From an uncultured Rickettsia sp. (GTDB taxonomy: Bacteria; Pseudomonadota; Alphaproteobacteria; Rickettsiales; UBA1997): a DNA stretch of 64,000 nt. Of the stretch, positions 37,882 through 48,433 are shown piece after piece. Positions within the stretch are counted from its first letter, which is position 1; the number at the start of each line of letters is the position of its first letter. The notes below the pieces were generated by a model. That model saw nothing but the letters and a program-made list of their open reading frames with translations. It had not been told where the DNA came from and did not search any database. The stretch is from the NCBI GenBank assembly GCA_964505265.1, contig CAZDGN010000001.1, positions 86,767-150,766 on the forward strand, read 5' to 3'. A program made the position numbers and the translations under genes.

Positions 37882-39078
37882 ATGAAAAAAATTATATCAA
37901 AAAAAATATTAACCAGTTTTTTTAAATCATATTTTGCGGCAGAATTTGCGGTAGGAATTATTTTAATTTTTGCCACAATCATTGCGATTTTATTTTCCAA
38001 TTCTAGCAATTCGAGCCTTTATTTCGATTTTTTTAATCAAAATTTTGATTTAAAAATAAGTTTTTTAGCAATTGAAAAAAAACTTACCTTGCGCGATTGG
38101 ATTAATGATGCTTTGATGGCGATTTTTTTCTTTTTAGTTGGGCTTGAATTAAAATCCGAGGTTATAAAAGGCGAACTTTCTTCGAAAAAAAAGCTGGCTT
38201 TGCCCCTGATTTGTGCGGTTGGCGGGGTTTTACTTCCGATGTTGTTATTTTTATTATTTAACCTTAAGCATCCAGAAAATTTGCGTGGCTTAGCTATTGC
38301 TTGTGCCACCGATATTGCTTTTGCTTATGGCTTTATTGCCTTATTTGGTAAAATTTTTTCTAATTCAGTAAAAATTTTTTTGGTAGCGCTTGCGGTAATT
38401 GACGACCTGATCGCCATTTTGATAATCGCCTTTTTTTATACTGATAATTTGCAAATGAATTATTTGGGTTATGCTTTAATAGTTTGTCTCGGTCTATATT
38501 TTTTAAATTTCAAAAAATCATCCAATTTGTTTTTATATCTTTTGCTTGGAATTATACTGTGGTTAATGATTTTAAAATCTGGAGTCCATGCCACAATTGC
38601 TGGGGTTTTATGTGCATTATTTATCCCATTTAAAGTTAATAAAATTAATTTTTTAGAAATTATTGCTCACAAAATTTCACCCGTGGTGAATTTTTTTATT
38701 TTGCCAGTTTTCGCCTTTGGCAATAGCGGGGTTGATTTAAGTAATTTTAGCTTTTCACAACTCTCTTCGCCATTGATTATTTCTATTATTATCGCTTTGT
38801 TTTTTGGGAAACAAATTGGGGTGATGCTATTTGCTTTTGTGAGCAATAAATTTTTTGCCATAAAACTTCCGCTAGGCACTAATTGGCTTGAATTTTATGG
38901 TGTTAGTTTATTTACGGGTATTGGCTTTACTATGAGTTTATTCATTGCTTCTTTGGCTTTTAATAAAGATTTAGTGCGCTTTGATGAGGCTAAAATTGGG
39001 GTAATAATTGGTTCGCTCTTATCGGTTATTTTTGGGGCTATAATTGCGATAATTTTATCAAAAATGCCTAGGAAATAA
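37882..39078 (+). CDS. nhaA: Na+/H+ antiporter NhaA
   Basis: Contains ACATDIAFAYG and the conserved Asp pair in LAVIDDLIAILIIAFFY. Length is 398 aa. Confidence 0.93.
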   Translation: MKKIISKKILTSFFKSYFAAEFAVGIILIFATIIAILFSNSSNSSLYFDFFNQNFDLKISFLAIEKKLTLRDWINDALMAIFFFLVGLELKSEVIKGELSSKKKLALPLICAVGGVLLPMLLFLLFNLKHPENLRGLAIACATDIAFAYGFIALFGKIFSNSVKIFLVALAVIDDLIAILIIAFFYTDNLQMNYLGYALIVCLGLYFLNFKKSSNLFLYLLLGIILWLMILKSGVHATIAGVLCALFIPFKVNKINFLEIIAHKISPVVNFFILPVFAFGNSGVDLSNFSFSQLSSPLIISIIIALFFGKQIGVMLFAFVSNKFFAIKLPLGTNWLEFYGVSLFTGIGFTMSLFIASLAFNKDLVRFDEAKIGVIIGSLLSVIFGAIIAIILSKMPRK

Positions 39079-39131
39079 TTTTATATCTATTAAATTTGGA
39101 GTTGAAATTAATTTTATATTTCATTAAATTT
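39076..39131. repeat. Imperfect 22-23-bp direct repeat upstream of the methyltransferase gene
   Basis: TAATTTTATATCTATTAAATTT (39076-39097) pairs with TAATTTTATATTTCATTAAATTT (39109-39131). Confidence 0.45.
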
Positions 39132-39218
39132 AACATTCAATTATGCCTACCATAAATCAAAAAACAGTATAGTCAAAAACTTTTTTTATGATTAATTTAA
39201 ACCCTAAATATAATATCA

Positions 39219-40349
39219 ATGAAACCAAAAATATTAAAAAATAACTTTAAAATAAATACTGCAAACCCTGATTTTAATAATATTCAATCAGAATTATTTA
39301 ACGATTATAATAATTATGTTAACCAAAACAATCATCCTGATTTTATTGATATTGATGAACTCTGGAGTGGCACAAAAAAAACTAAATTAACCGCTTTAGA
39401 TTTGTTTTGTGGATGCGGTGGAATTTCAAAAGGCTTGGAATTGGCTGGAATAAATGTTTTGGCAGGTCTAGATTTTTTTAAAGAAGCAGGTGACACATAT
39501 CAAGCAAATTTTAATCACAAATTTATTTATGGTGACATAACTCAAGAAGAAGTTAAAAATAAATTATATTCGCAAATTAAATCGAGTTTAAAGGGAAAAA
39601 AATTGAATATTATTGCCGGAGGCTTTCCTTGCCAAGGTTTTTCAATGTCAGGTAGAAGAGATAAGAGTGACCCCAGAAATAGACTTTATCTAGAGGTTGT
39701 TGATATAGTTAAAAATTTAGAACCAGAATATATTTTTCTTGAAAATGTCAAGGGTTTGATTTCAATGGATAACGGAAAGGTTAAAGAAAAAATTCTAGGT
39801 GATTTTCAAAATCTTGGATACGAAATTAAAGCTTATGTTTTAAATGCAGTTAATTTTGAAACTCCTCAAAAGAGAGAGAGGGTGGTATTTTTGGGTAATA
39901 GAATTGGAAAAAAAATATTATATCCAAACTCAATTATTAAAGACAATAAATTTAAAACTACCAAAGATGCAATTGAAGATTTGATTAGTCTTGAAGAAGA
40001 TAAGGATTTTAGTCATTTTATTACTAAGCACAACAAGGATATGCAGTCTAGGCTTTTGAGTGTGAAGGAGGGTAAGGGACTTTATGAAAATTACTCAGAT
40101 TCATGGAAAAAATGTCCGTGGAACGAGCCATCATGCACTATTAAAGAGAATCATGGAGGGGTAAATATTCATCCAAAGCTACCGCGAGTCTTAACAGTTC
40201 GAGAATGTGCTAGGATTCAAGGTTTTCCCGATGATTTTATTTTTAAAGGTACAAAAAGTAAACAATTGGTACAAATTGGTAATGCAGTTCCTCCAATGCT
40301 TGCAAAAGCGGTAGGATTAGCAATAATTAAAAGTTATAAAAATAAGTAA
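39219..40349 (+). CDS. DNA (cytosine-5)-methyltransferase, type II
   Basis: All canonical m5C motifs occur in order. Motif I is DLFCGCGGISKG, IV is GGFPCQGFS, VI is ENVKGL and VIII is QKRERVVFLG. Motif IX is TVRECARIQGFPDDF and X is QIGNAVPPMLA. Confidence 0.95.
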   Translation: MKPKILKNNFKINTANPDFNNIQSELFNDYNNYVNQNNHPDFIDIDELWSGTKKTKLTALDLFCGCGGISKGLELAGINVLAGLDFFKEAGDTYQANFNHKFIYGDITQEEVKNKLYSQIKSSLKGKKLNIIAGGFPCQGFSMSGRRDKSDPRNRLYLEVVDIVKNLEPEYIFLENVKGLISMDNGKVKEKILGDFQNLGYEIKAYVLNAVNFETPQKRERVVFLGNRIGKKILYPNSIIKDNKFKTTKDAIEDLISLEEDKDFSHFITKHNKDMQSRLLSVKEGKGLYENYSDSWKKCPWNEPSCTIKENHGGVNIHPKLPRVLTVRECARIQGFPDDFIFKGTKSKQLVQIGNAVPPMLAKAVGLAIIKSYKNK

Positions 40350-40356
40350 AGTTCAG

Positions 40357-40932
40357 TTGTTTTTAGAATTGGCAAACCCTGATAAAACTGGTAATTCTAG
40401 AAAAGTATTAGTTGAGGAATTTGTTGGTAAATATGAGAAATTAAAATTTGGAAATGGTGGAGATTGGTGTAGATCAGACGGAAGTTTGGCTAATAAATTT
40501 ATAGTCGAAAGATTTAAAGATGGCAATTCAATTGTTGCGGTTCAATTATTTGGTCACAATACCAAGAAAAAAATTAATAAACAAATAGATAGTAAAATTT
40601 CAAAAATAATTAAATCTCAAAAATGTGAAGTTCTTTATGTTGGAAATGTTGAAGTAGACCACAAGGATGGACATAGAGATGATTTCGAAAATTTAAAAAT
40701 AAAAAATCAAAAAATTGACGATTTTCAACCGCTTCCACCATCTGTTAATAAAGCAAAAAGACAGCATTGCAAAAATTGTAGAGAAACTAAGCAGAGATTC
40801 GATGCTAGATTGCTTGGATATTCAAAATCTGCTTGGGCAGGAAATGGAAAATATCGCGGTACTTGTGTTGGATGTTATTGGTATGATATAAAAAAATTTA
40901 ATCAAGAAATATCCAAAAACTATTTCAGCTAA
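40357..40932 (+). CDS. Small HNH (beta-beta-alpha-Me) nuclease, probable cognate type II restriction endonuclease
   Basis: The HNH-like core is VEVDHKDGHRDD…QPLPPSVNKAKR. Two CxxC pairs are present (HCKNC and CVGC). The start is TTG, 7 nt after the methyltransferase stop. Length is 191 aa. Confidence 0.65.
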   Translation: MFLELANPDKTGNSRKVLVEEFVGKYEKLKFGNGGDWCRSDGSLANKFIVERFKDGNSIVAVQLFGHNTKKKINKQIDSKISKIIKSQKCEVLYVGNVEVDHKDGHRDDFENLKIKNQKIDDFQPLPPSVNKAKRQHCKNCRETKQRFDARLLGYSKSAWAGNGKYRGTCVGCYWYDIKKFNQEISKNYFS

Positions 40933-41777
40933 ATTTTATATGGCGGAAAATCTAGCCCCGCTGGCGATTTCGTAAAAATTTCGCAACCATCTTTGGTGAT
41001 GCCAATCGTGTGTTCAAACTGCGCTGATAATGCTCTCTTGCCAGTTGACGGATTTTTATCTGCGGTAATAACTGTCCATTCGTAAAGAATAGGATCATTT
41101 TTAAGAGTTTCATCTTTTTTACAATAATAACCGCATTCATTGATCATTGGCTCAATGGTAAAAAACATACCTTCTTCAAGGATTATGCCTTCATTTTTTC
41201 TTCCATAATGAAGTATACTTGGTTCGGCATGAAATACTTTACCGATTCCGTGTCCACAATAATCGCGAACAACTGAAAAACCATTTTTTTCAGCATAATT
41301 TTGAATTGCATAACCAATATTACTAATCTTATTACCTGGCTTCGCTTGCTCAATTCCTAACATCATACAATCAAAAGTTGTTTGGACTAATTTCTTTGCT
41401 TTAATTGAAACATTGTCGCCAATTAAATACATTCTACTTGTATCGCCATGCCAGCCATCAACTATAACCGTAACATCTATATTTAATATATCACCATTTT
41501 TAAGAATCCTATTAGATGGAACTCCATGGCAAATTACTTCATTAATTGAAGTACAAATTGATTTTGGAAAAGGATTTTTGAAGCTACTAGGATGATAATT
41601 CAGTGGTGCAGGAATTGCATTATTTTCGATGATTTTTTTGTGACATAAATCATTGAGGCTGTCCGTGCTAACTCCTACTTGCACGAATGGAGTAATGTAA
41701 TCAAGTATTTCTGCTGCTAATTTTCCTGCTTTATGCATTTTGGTAAAATCGTCTTTGCTATGAATTGTTATGGTCAT
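40929..41777 (-). CDS. map: Methionine aminopeptidase type I
   Basis: MTITIHSKDDFTKMHKAGKLAAEIL aligns with the E. coli MAP N-terminus. Also contains GHGIG, FTIEP and QFEHT. The track start (41807) would add 10 aa. Confidence 0.93.
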   Translation of the reverse strand: MTITIHSKDDFTKMHKAGKLAAEILDYITPFVQVGVSTDSLNDLCHKKIIENNAIPAPLNYHPSSFKNPFPKSICTSINEVICHGVPSNRILKNGDILNIDVTVIVDGWHGDTSRMYLIGDNVSIKAKKLVQTTFDCMMLGIEQAKPGNKISNIGYAIQNYAEKNGFSVVRDYCGHGIGKVFHAEPSILHYGRKNEGIILEEGMFFTIEPMINECGYYCKKDETLKNDPILYEWTVITADKNPSTGKRALSAQFEHTIGITKDGCEIFTKSPAGLDFPPYKI

Positions 41778-41857
41778 AAATTTTAAAGTTATTTTATTTG
41801 CTATCATTAAATAATAAATTTAAAATAATTTCAATTTGTAATTTTAATTTTTTATCT

Positions 41858-42418
41858 ATGCCACATACCAATAAAATTAACGAAATGATTCGAGTCAATC
41901 ATGCTGGTGAAATGGGTGCCAAGGTGATTTATGATGGTCAAATTTTGGCTTTAAAGTTAAAAAAAGATTATGAAACACTTAAAATTGTTGAAGAAATGAA
42001 ATTGCAAGAAATCAAACATTTTGAATATTTTAACAATCAAATTAAGCAACAAAAAATTCGTCCAACCCTAATGCAACCAATTTGGTTGGCAGGAGGATTT
42101 GCTTTAGGTTTTATGACTGCAATAATTGATAAAAAGTCGGCTATGACTTGCACTACAGCAGTTGAAGAAATTATAGATGAGCATTATCAACAGCAAATTT
42201 CTGAATTAGAATTTATCGAAAAAAATAATCCAAATCAAAATCAAAAATCTGAATTAGAAGATTTAAAATCAAAAATTTCTAAATTTCGCGACGAAGAAAT
42301 TGAACATAAAGATACTGCCTTTGGGCATAATGCCCAAGATTTTGTGGCATTTGAGCCATTGTCAAAATTTATAAAACTTACTACAAAAATGGCAATTGCA
42401 ATTTCCAAAAAAATCTAA
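41858..42418 (+). CDS. coq7: Demethoxyubiquinone hydroxylase (COQ7 family)
   Basis: Contains RVNHAGEMGA and di-iron EXXH motifs (EIKHF and EEIEHKD). I trimmed the start from 41798 to the ATG at 41858. Confidence 0.85.
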   Translation: MPHTNKINEMIRVNHAGEMGAKVIYDGQILALKLKKDYETLKIVEEMKLQEIKHFEYFNNQIKQQKIRPTLMQPIWLAGGFALGFMTAIIDKKSAMTCTTAVEEIIDEHYQQQISELEFIEKNNPNQNQKSELEDLKSKISKFRDEEIEHKDTAFGHNAQDFVAFEPLSKFIKLTTKMAIAISKKI

Positions 42419-42502
42419 TTATTTTTAAAAATAATAATTGCAAAAACTAATATAAATTTTGATAATTAATTTAATATTTTAACTTAATTTATAATTATAA
42501 TT

Positions 42503-44683
42503 ATGACTAGTCCAATTAATTTTTCGATTGATAAATCAGGTGTAGCCAATCTTATTTTTGATTTACCAAATGAAAAAATTAACAAATTATCTAGACCGGT
42601 TCTTGAGGAGTTAGAAAGGGCGATAAATTTGGTTGATGGCAATAAAGCCATTCGAGTTTTGTTGATTTCATCTGCCAAAAAAGATATTTTTATTGCTGGT
42701 GCTGATATCGCTGAAATTCGCGATATTACCGAAGAAAAAGATGCTAGAGAAAAAGTTGCCAAGGGTCAAGAAATTTTAAATAAATTAGCCAATGTAAATA
42801 TTCCAACTATTGCCGTAATTAAAGGAGCCTGTATGGGTGGCGGTTTGGAGCTAGCTTTGGCATGTAAATATCGAGTTGGGGTTTATAATTCAAAAACTAA
42901 ATTAGGATTGCCCGAAGTTAATCTTGGCATAATTCCAGGTTTTGGTGGAACACAACGCCTTCCAGCATTGGTTGGCTTGGAAGAGGCGTTAAAAATGATT
43001 TTGTCAGGAAAGCCAATTGAGGTAGACAAAGCCTTTAAAATCGGGCTTTTAGATGAGGCTACCCACGAAGAATTTATGGAAGATAGTTTGAGTAAATTGG
43101 TAACAGAAATTTTAAAAAATCCACAAAATAATAAATTTTTAGCGAAAAGAAAATTGGCTTCGAGACAAAGATTTTATTTTGAGTCATTGCTTTTAAACAA
43201 GCATGTAATTTTTTATTTTGCCAAAAAAAATCTTTGGGAAAAAACCAAAGGACATTATCTTGCGCAGTTTTTTGCTCTTGAAGTAATTCGTAAAACTTAT
43301 CGTAAAACCTATGGTTCAAGAGGTTTCAAGATTGAGCTAGACGCATTTTGCGAACTTGTGGTTGGTGATATTTGTAAAAATTTAATTGAAATTTTTTACA
43401 CAAATGAGGCTTTGAAAAAAGAAACTTTCATTGAAAATAACTTAATTGATGCAAATCAAAAACTTGATTTTAATAATGTTGCGGTGGTTGGTGCTGGGGT
43501 TATGGGCGGGGGAATTACTTGGTTGTTTGCCAATCACAATTACTCGGTTCGACTTAAGGATATTACGCAAAAAGCTATTGCCTTAGGCTATAACCAAATT
43601 CTAAAAATCTTCAATCAGCTTGTAAAAATCCGCAAAATTTCTACCAATATTGCAAGTTTAAAAATATCAAATGTGACCGCTTCCCTTGATTATTCTGGCT
43701 TTAACAATTGTGATTTGGCGATTGAGGCAGTGGTTGAAAATATGCAGGTTAAAAAAAATATTTTACAAGAAATTGAATCTCAAATTCCAGCTAATGCCAT
43801 TATTGCTAGCAATACCTCTTCACTTTCTATTTCGCAAATGGCTAGTGTTTTGAAAAATCCTGAAAGATTCGTTGGTATGCATTTTTTTAATCCAGTTAAT
43901 AAAATGCCGTTAATCGAGGTTGTGAAAGGTGAAAAAACCTCAGACGAAACCGTTTTAAAAATTGTAAAACTCTCTAAGGAATTGCAAAAAACTCCGATTG
44001 TTGTAAAAGATGTTCCGGGGTTTTTGGTTAACAGAATTTTGCTTACCTATTTAAATGAAGCTGGATATTTATTGCAAGATGGCTTTTCAATTAAAGAAAT
44101 CGACTATGAAATTGAAAATTTTGGTATGCCGATGGGACCATTTATTTTAGCTGATGTTGTTGGGATTGATGTTGGTGTTAAGGTTGCCAAGTCGCTTGAA
44201 GAAGGGTATGGGGTTAGAATGAAGGTATCAGAAATTTTAAATGAAATTTATCATAATCACAAAGAATTACTCGGAAAAAAATCGCAAATTGGTTTTTACA
44301 ACTACAATCAAGATAAAATTGATGGCGAAAATAGTAAAATTTACAAAATTTTAGACAAGTTGGAGGTGGATAATAAAATTCAATCGAATTCAAAAAAATT
44401 AGAGCCAAGTGAAATAATCGATAGATGTATTCTTACCATGATAAATGAATCCGCAAAGTGCCTCGAGGAAAATGTTGTTGCTAATGCCAAATATTTGGAT
44501 ATGGCGATGATTATGGGGGTAGGATTTCCGCCGTTTCGTGGAGGAGTTTTGCGTTATTGCGATAGAATCGGAATTGATGTGGTGGTAAAAAAATTACAAA
44601 ATTTAGAAAATAAATTTGGACAAAGATTTGCAGTTAGTAATTTATTATTGCAAATGGCAAAAAATAATCAGAAATTTTATTAA
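42503..44683 (+). CDS. fadB: Multifunctional fatty-acid oxidation protein (enoyl-CoA hydratase/3-hydroxyacyl-CoA dehydrogenase)
   Basis: The crotonase part reads FIAGADI…GACMGGGLELALAC. The Rossmann motif VVGAGVMGGGI begins the 3HCDH domains. Length is 726 aa. Confidence 0.9.
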   Translation: MTSPINFSIDKSGVANLIFDLPNEKINKLSRPVLEELERAINLVDGNKAIRVLLISSAKKDIFIAGADIAEIRDITEEKDAREKVAKGQEILNKLANVNIPTIAVIKGACMGGGLELALACKYRVGVYNSKTKLGLPEVNLGIIPGFGGTQRLPALVGLEEALKMILSGKPIEVDKAFKIGLLDEATHEEFMEDSLSKLVTEILKNPQNNKFLAKRKLASRQRFYFESLLLNKHVIFYFAKKNLWEKTKGHYLAQFFALEVIRKTYRKTYGSRGFKIELDAFCELVVGDICKNLIEIFYTNEALKKETFIENNLIDANQKLDFNNVAVVGAGVMGGGITWLFANHNYSVRLKDITQKAIALGYNQILKIFNQLVKIRKISTNIASLKISNVTASLDYSGFNNCDLAIEAVVENMQVKKNILQEIESQIPANAIIASNTSSLSISQMASVLKNPERFVGMHFFNPVNKMPLIEVVKGEKTSDETVLKIVKLSKELQKTPIVVKDVPGFLVNRILLTYLNEAGYLLQDGFSIKEIDYEIENFGMPMGPFILADVVGIDVGVKVAKSLEEGYGVRMKVSEILNEIYHNHKELLGKKSQIGFYNYNQDKIDGENSKIYKILDKLEVDNKIQSNSKKLEPSEIIDRCILTMINESAKCLEENVVANAKYLDMAMIMGVGFPPFRGGVLRYCDRIGIDVVVKKLQNLENKFGQRFAVSNLLLQMAKNNQKFY

Positions 44684-45166
44684 ATGCGCATCATTGGCAT
44701 TGACCCTGGGCTTACCAAAACTGGGATTGGAATAATTGATGTTAAGAATAATTCTATTAGCTATGTTTTTTCCACTACAATTCACAGCTCACCAGATGAT
44801 GATATGGCAGTTCGATTAAAATTATTTCACGACTCCTTATTGCAAATAATTCAGCTTTATCAACCGGAAATTGCTTCGATTGAAGAAACTTTTGTTAATA
44901 AAAATCCAATATCATCCTTAAAGCTTGGTCATGCTCGCGGAGCACTTATTTTAACTCTTGGCTTATGCAATATCAAGGTATATGAATATTCAGCAACTTC
45001 AGTAAAGAAAACTATAGTTGGAGTAGGGCGAGCGGAAAAGCATCAAGTTCAGGCGATGATTAAAATTTTAATGCCAAAAGCAAATTTTAAAAGTGAAGAT
45101 GAAGCGGATGCCCTAGCAATTGCAATTTGTCATCAACATCATTCAACAAGTTTCAAATATTCTTAA
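44684..45166 (+). CDS. ruvC: Holliday junction resolvase RuvC
   Basis: Contains IIGIDPGLTKTG, IEETF and EDEADALAIAICH. Confidence 0.95.
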   Translation: MRIIGIDPGLTKTGIGIIDVKNNSISYVFSTTIHSSPDDDMAVRLKLFHDSLLQIIQLYQPEIASIEETFVNKNPISSLKLGHARGALILTLGLCNIKVYEYSATSVKKTIVGVGRAEKHQVQAMIKILMPKANFKSEDEADALAIAICHQHHSTSFKYS

Positions 45167-45181
45167 AATATATATTATTGA

Positions 45182-46138
45182 TTAGATTCCTGCATTAATA
45201 CAATCGTGAATGTGAATTATGCCTAAAATATTTTGATTTTCGGCAACAAAAATGCTAGTGATTGCTTTGCTTTTCATGATTGAAAGGGCATCGCTTGCAA
45301 GTGATTTGCTGGATATAGTAATTGGATTTTTGGTCATAATTTGTTGGGCTGAAAGTTCAAGGAAATTATTGCAAATATGACGTCTAAGATCGCCATCGGT
45401 GATAATCCCAACTATTTTATTGTTTTCATCTAAAACCGCGGTGCATCCAAGATGTTTTGAAGTCATTTCAAACAAAATTTCGGGAATTTTTTGGTTGATT
45501 TTACAAGTTGGAATCAAATTTTCTTTGCGCATTATATCGCCAACTTTAACAAAGGCTGAGCCCAATTTCCCGCCAGGGTGAAAGGTGGCAAAATTTTCTG
45601 CAGAAAAATTGCGAGCTTCAACTAAACTTAAAGTTATACAATCGCCAAGAATCAACATCATTGTGGTTGAAGTAATTGGTGCATTGACTTTGTTAGCTTC
45701 AGAAATTGCTGGTAAGGTGAGAGCAATAGTGCTTGAATTAGCCAGCTCGGAGCCAAATTTACGGCTTATCCCAATAATTGGAATTTTAAATCTTTGGCAA
45801 TAAAAAATTATATCGCGAAGTTCCTTGGTTTCTCCAGAATTGGAAAGTAAAATTACGACATCGTTTTTTTCAATCATTCCAAGATCGCCGTGACTTGCCT
45901 CTGCGGGGTGAACAAAGAAAGACGGAGTGCCTGTTGAGGCTAGGCTTGCAGAAATCTTTTTGGCAATATGGCCAGATTTGCCCATTCCGCTTAAAATAAC
46001 TTTGCCATTGCAACTTAAAATTAAATCAACCGCTTGAATATATTTTTCATCAAGGAAATCTCTTAAGGCTTGAATTGCTTGAATTTGTGTGGCAATGGTG
46101 TTGTAAGCAGAATTTAAATGCGGATTTGATGTATTCAT
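45182..46138 (-). CDS. kdsD: Arabinose-5-phosphate isomerase (KdsD/KpsF; SIS plus 2 CBS domains)
   Basis: Contains GMGKSGHIAKKISASLASTGTPSFFVHPAEASHGDLG, with tandem CBS domains at the C-terminus. Confidence 0.9.
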   Translation of the reverse strand: MNTSNPHLNSAYNTIATQIQAIQALRDFLDEKYIQAVDLILSCNGKVILSGMGKSGHIAKKISASLASTGTPSFFVHPAEASHGDLGMIEKNDVVILLSNSGETKELRDIIFYCQRFKIPIIGISRKFGSELANSSTIALTLPAISEANKVNAPITSTTMMLILGDCITLSLVEARNFSAENFATFHPGGKLGSAFVKVGDIMRKENLIPTCKINQKIPEILFEMTSKHLGCTAVLDENNKIVGIITDGDLRRHICNNFLELSAQQIMTKNPITISSKSLASDALSIMKSKAITSIFVAENQNILGIIHIHDCINAGI

Positions 46139-46218
46139 AAATTAAAATTTTATTTGAGTTTCAATTGCTGTTAATTTATTCTAACTAATAATTTATTTAA
46201 ACCAATATTTTTTTAATA

Positions 46219-46839
46219 ATGGAACCAAATTCAAAACAATTAAATTCTTCAGAAATTTTACAAGAATTCATTGATGCCAATGCAATTTTAAAGGGGCATT
46301 TTATTTTATCTTCTGGTTTGCATTCAGATACCTATATGCAATGTGCTAGAGTTTTAATGGACCCAAAGCGAGCAGAAAAATTATGCCAAATTTTGGCACA
46401 AAAAATATTTTCAAAATTAGGCAATGATTTTGCCGACATAGTGCTTTCTCCAGCAATGGGTGGGGTTGTTGTGGGTTATGAATTGGCTCGTCAATTAAAT
46501 TTAGATTCAATTTTTTGCGAAAGAGTAAATGGTAATTTTGAATTAAGAAGGGGGTTTGAAATATTAAAAAATTCCAGAATTTTGGTGGTAGAAGATGTAA
46601 TTACCACAGGAAAATCTTCGCTTGAAACCTTTAAAATCGCCGAACAATATGGCGCTAAAATTGTAGCAGAAGCCTGTTTAGTTGATAGAAGTAGTGATGA
46701 AAATTTAAGTGAAAAATTACAAGTCCCCGTATTTTCTTTGCTTAAAATTCAAGTCAATAGCTTTGATGAAAATAATATCCCTTTGGAGCTAAAAAACATT
46801 CCAGCTATAAAGCCCGGCTCGAGATATATTAAAAATTAA
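46219..46839 (+). CDS. pyrE: Orotate phosphoribosyltransferase
   Basis: The PRPP-binding motif is ILVVEDVITTGKS. Confidence 0.9.
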   Translation: MEPNSKQLNSSEILQEFIDANAILKGHFILSSGLHSDTYMQCARVLMDPKRAEKLCQILAQKIFSKLGNDFADIVLSPAMGGVVVGYELARQLNLDSIFCERVNGNFELRRGFEILKNSRILVVEDVITTGKSSLETFKIAEQYGAKIVAEACLVDRSSDENLSEKLQVPVFSLLKIQVNSFDENNIPLELKNIPAIKPGSRYIKN

Positions 46840-46841
46840 TA

Positions 46842-48431
46842 TTAATTCTTTGATAAGAAATGGGTGTAGCTATCGTGAAGAGCTAAAAAAGATGCATCTA
46901 TAATATTGTTAGAAACCCCGATAGTACTAAATTTGTTGTTATTTGTATCAATTGATTCAATTTGCACTCTAGTTATAGCTTCGGTGCCATCTGATGGGCT
47001 GAGAATTCGGACTTTGTAATCAATTAATTTGGTGTTTTTGATGGTTGGATATTTTTTGATTAAGGCAATTCTAAGAGCATTATCAAGTGCATTTACAGGT
47101 CCATTACCTTTAGCTTTTGCATTTAATATTTTGTTGGAAATTTTGATGCTAATTTCTGCCTCGGCTTGAATTTTAACTCTATTATTTTTATCTAAAAATC
47201 TTTGATCAATTACCTTAAAATTTATTAATTCAAAAAAATTTGGCACAATTGATAAGGTTTTTTTGGCGAGAATTTCAAAGCTGGCATCGGCTGAATCGTA
47301 GGAGTATCCTTTAGCTTCTTGCTCCTTAACAATATTTACTAAATCGGCAATTTTTTGGTTATAATCTTCGTCATTTTTGATTAAATTAATTGATTTTAAT
47401 CTAGAAATTATATTAGATTTTCCAGCCTGATTTGATACTAAAATCATGCGTTGATTGCCAACTAATTCGGGTTCAATATGTTCATATGATTTTGGGTTTT
47501 TAGCAACGGCGGAAACATGTAAACCTCCTTTGTGAGCAAAAGCATATTTGCCAACAAAAGGAGCATATTTATCTGGCTCTTTGTTTAGAATATCATTTAA
47601 AAAATTTGATAATTTGGTAAGATTTTTTAATTGATTTTGGTTGATTCCAATATCGTAATTTAGTTTAAGTGATAAAATCGGGATAATAGAAGTTAAATTG
47701 GCATTTCCACATCTTTCTCCAAGTCCATTTATAGTGCCTTGAACTTGCCTAACTCCTGCCTCTACCGCCATAATTGAGTTAGCGACGGCGTTGCCAGTAT
47801 CGTTGTGGCAATGAATACCTAAATTTTTACCAGGTATATGCTTAATAACCTCTTGAATAATTGATTTTGTTTCGCTTGGCAAAGTTCCGCCATTGGTGTC
47901 GCATAAAATAATCCATCGAGCTTTAGCCTGATATGCAGTTTTTATTACATCAAGGGCAAATTTAGGATTGGCCTTGAAGCCATCAAAAAAATGTTCTGCA
48001 TCAAAAATTGGAGTTTTCTTTCTGGCGATTATGTGTTTGATAGAATCGGCAATCATTGCCAAATTTTCTTCTGGAGAAATATTTAGAGCATGCTTCAAAT
48101 GAAAATCCCAGCTTTTACCAACAATACAAACTGATTTAGTGTTGCTATTGATAAGGCTATTTAGGGCATTATCATTACCCGCTGAGCTATTATTTCTTCT
48201 GGTCATACCAAAGGCAACAAATTCGGATTTTGAAGTTTTGGGTAAATTTGAAAAAAATTCATCATCAGTAGGATTGGCTCCTGGCCAACCTCCTTCAATG
48301 TAATCAATTCCAATTTCATCTAGTTTCTTGGCAATTGATATTTTGTTTTGCATAGTAAAATTTACTGAGCTGGTTTGGGCTCCGTCTCTAAGGGTTGAAT
48401 CATAAATATAAACTCTATTATCTGAACTCAT
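46842..48431 (-). CDS. Citramalate synthase / 2-isopropylmalate synthase family (LeuA/CimA)
   Basis: Contains IYDSTLRDGAQ and HCHNDTGNAVANS, plus a C-terminal LeuA-type regulatory domain. I trimmed the start from 48488 to the ATG at 48431, 2 nt after the mraY stop. Confidence 0.85.
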   Translation of the reverse strand: MSSDNRVYIYDSTLRDGAQTSSVNFTMQNKISIAKKLDEIGIDYIEGGWPGANPTDDEFFSNLPKTSKSEFVAFGMTRRNNSSAGNDNALNSLINSNTKSVCIVGKSWDFHLKHALNISPEENLAMIADSIKHIIARKKTPIFDAEHFFDGFKANPKFALDVIKTAYQAKARWIILCDTNGGTLPSETKSIIQEVIKHIPGKNLGIHCHNDTGNAVANSIMAVEAGVRQVQGTINGLGERCGNANLTSIIPILSLKLNYDIGINQNQLKNLTKLSNFLNDILNKEPDKYAPFVGKYAFAHKGGLHVSAVAKNPKSYEHIEPELVGNQRMILVSNQAGKSNIISRLKSINLIKNDEDYNQKIADLVNIVKEQEAKGYSYDSADASFEILAKKTLSIVPNFFELINFKVIDQRFLDKNNRVKIQAEAEISIKISNKILNAKAKGNGPVNALDNALRIALIKKYPTIKNTKLIDYKVRILSPSDGTEAITRVQIESIDTNNNKFSTIGVSNNIIDASFLALHDSYTHFLSKN

Positions 48432-48433
48432 GT

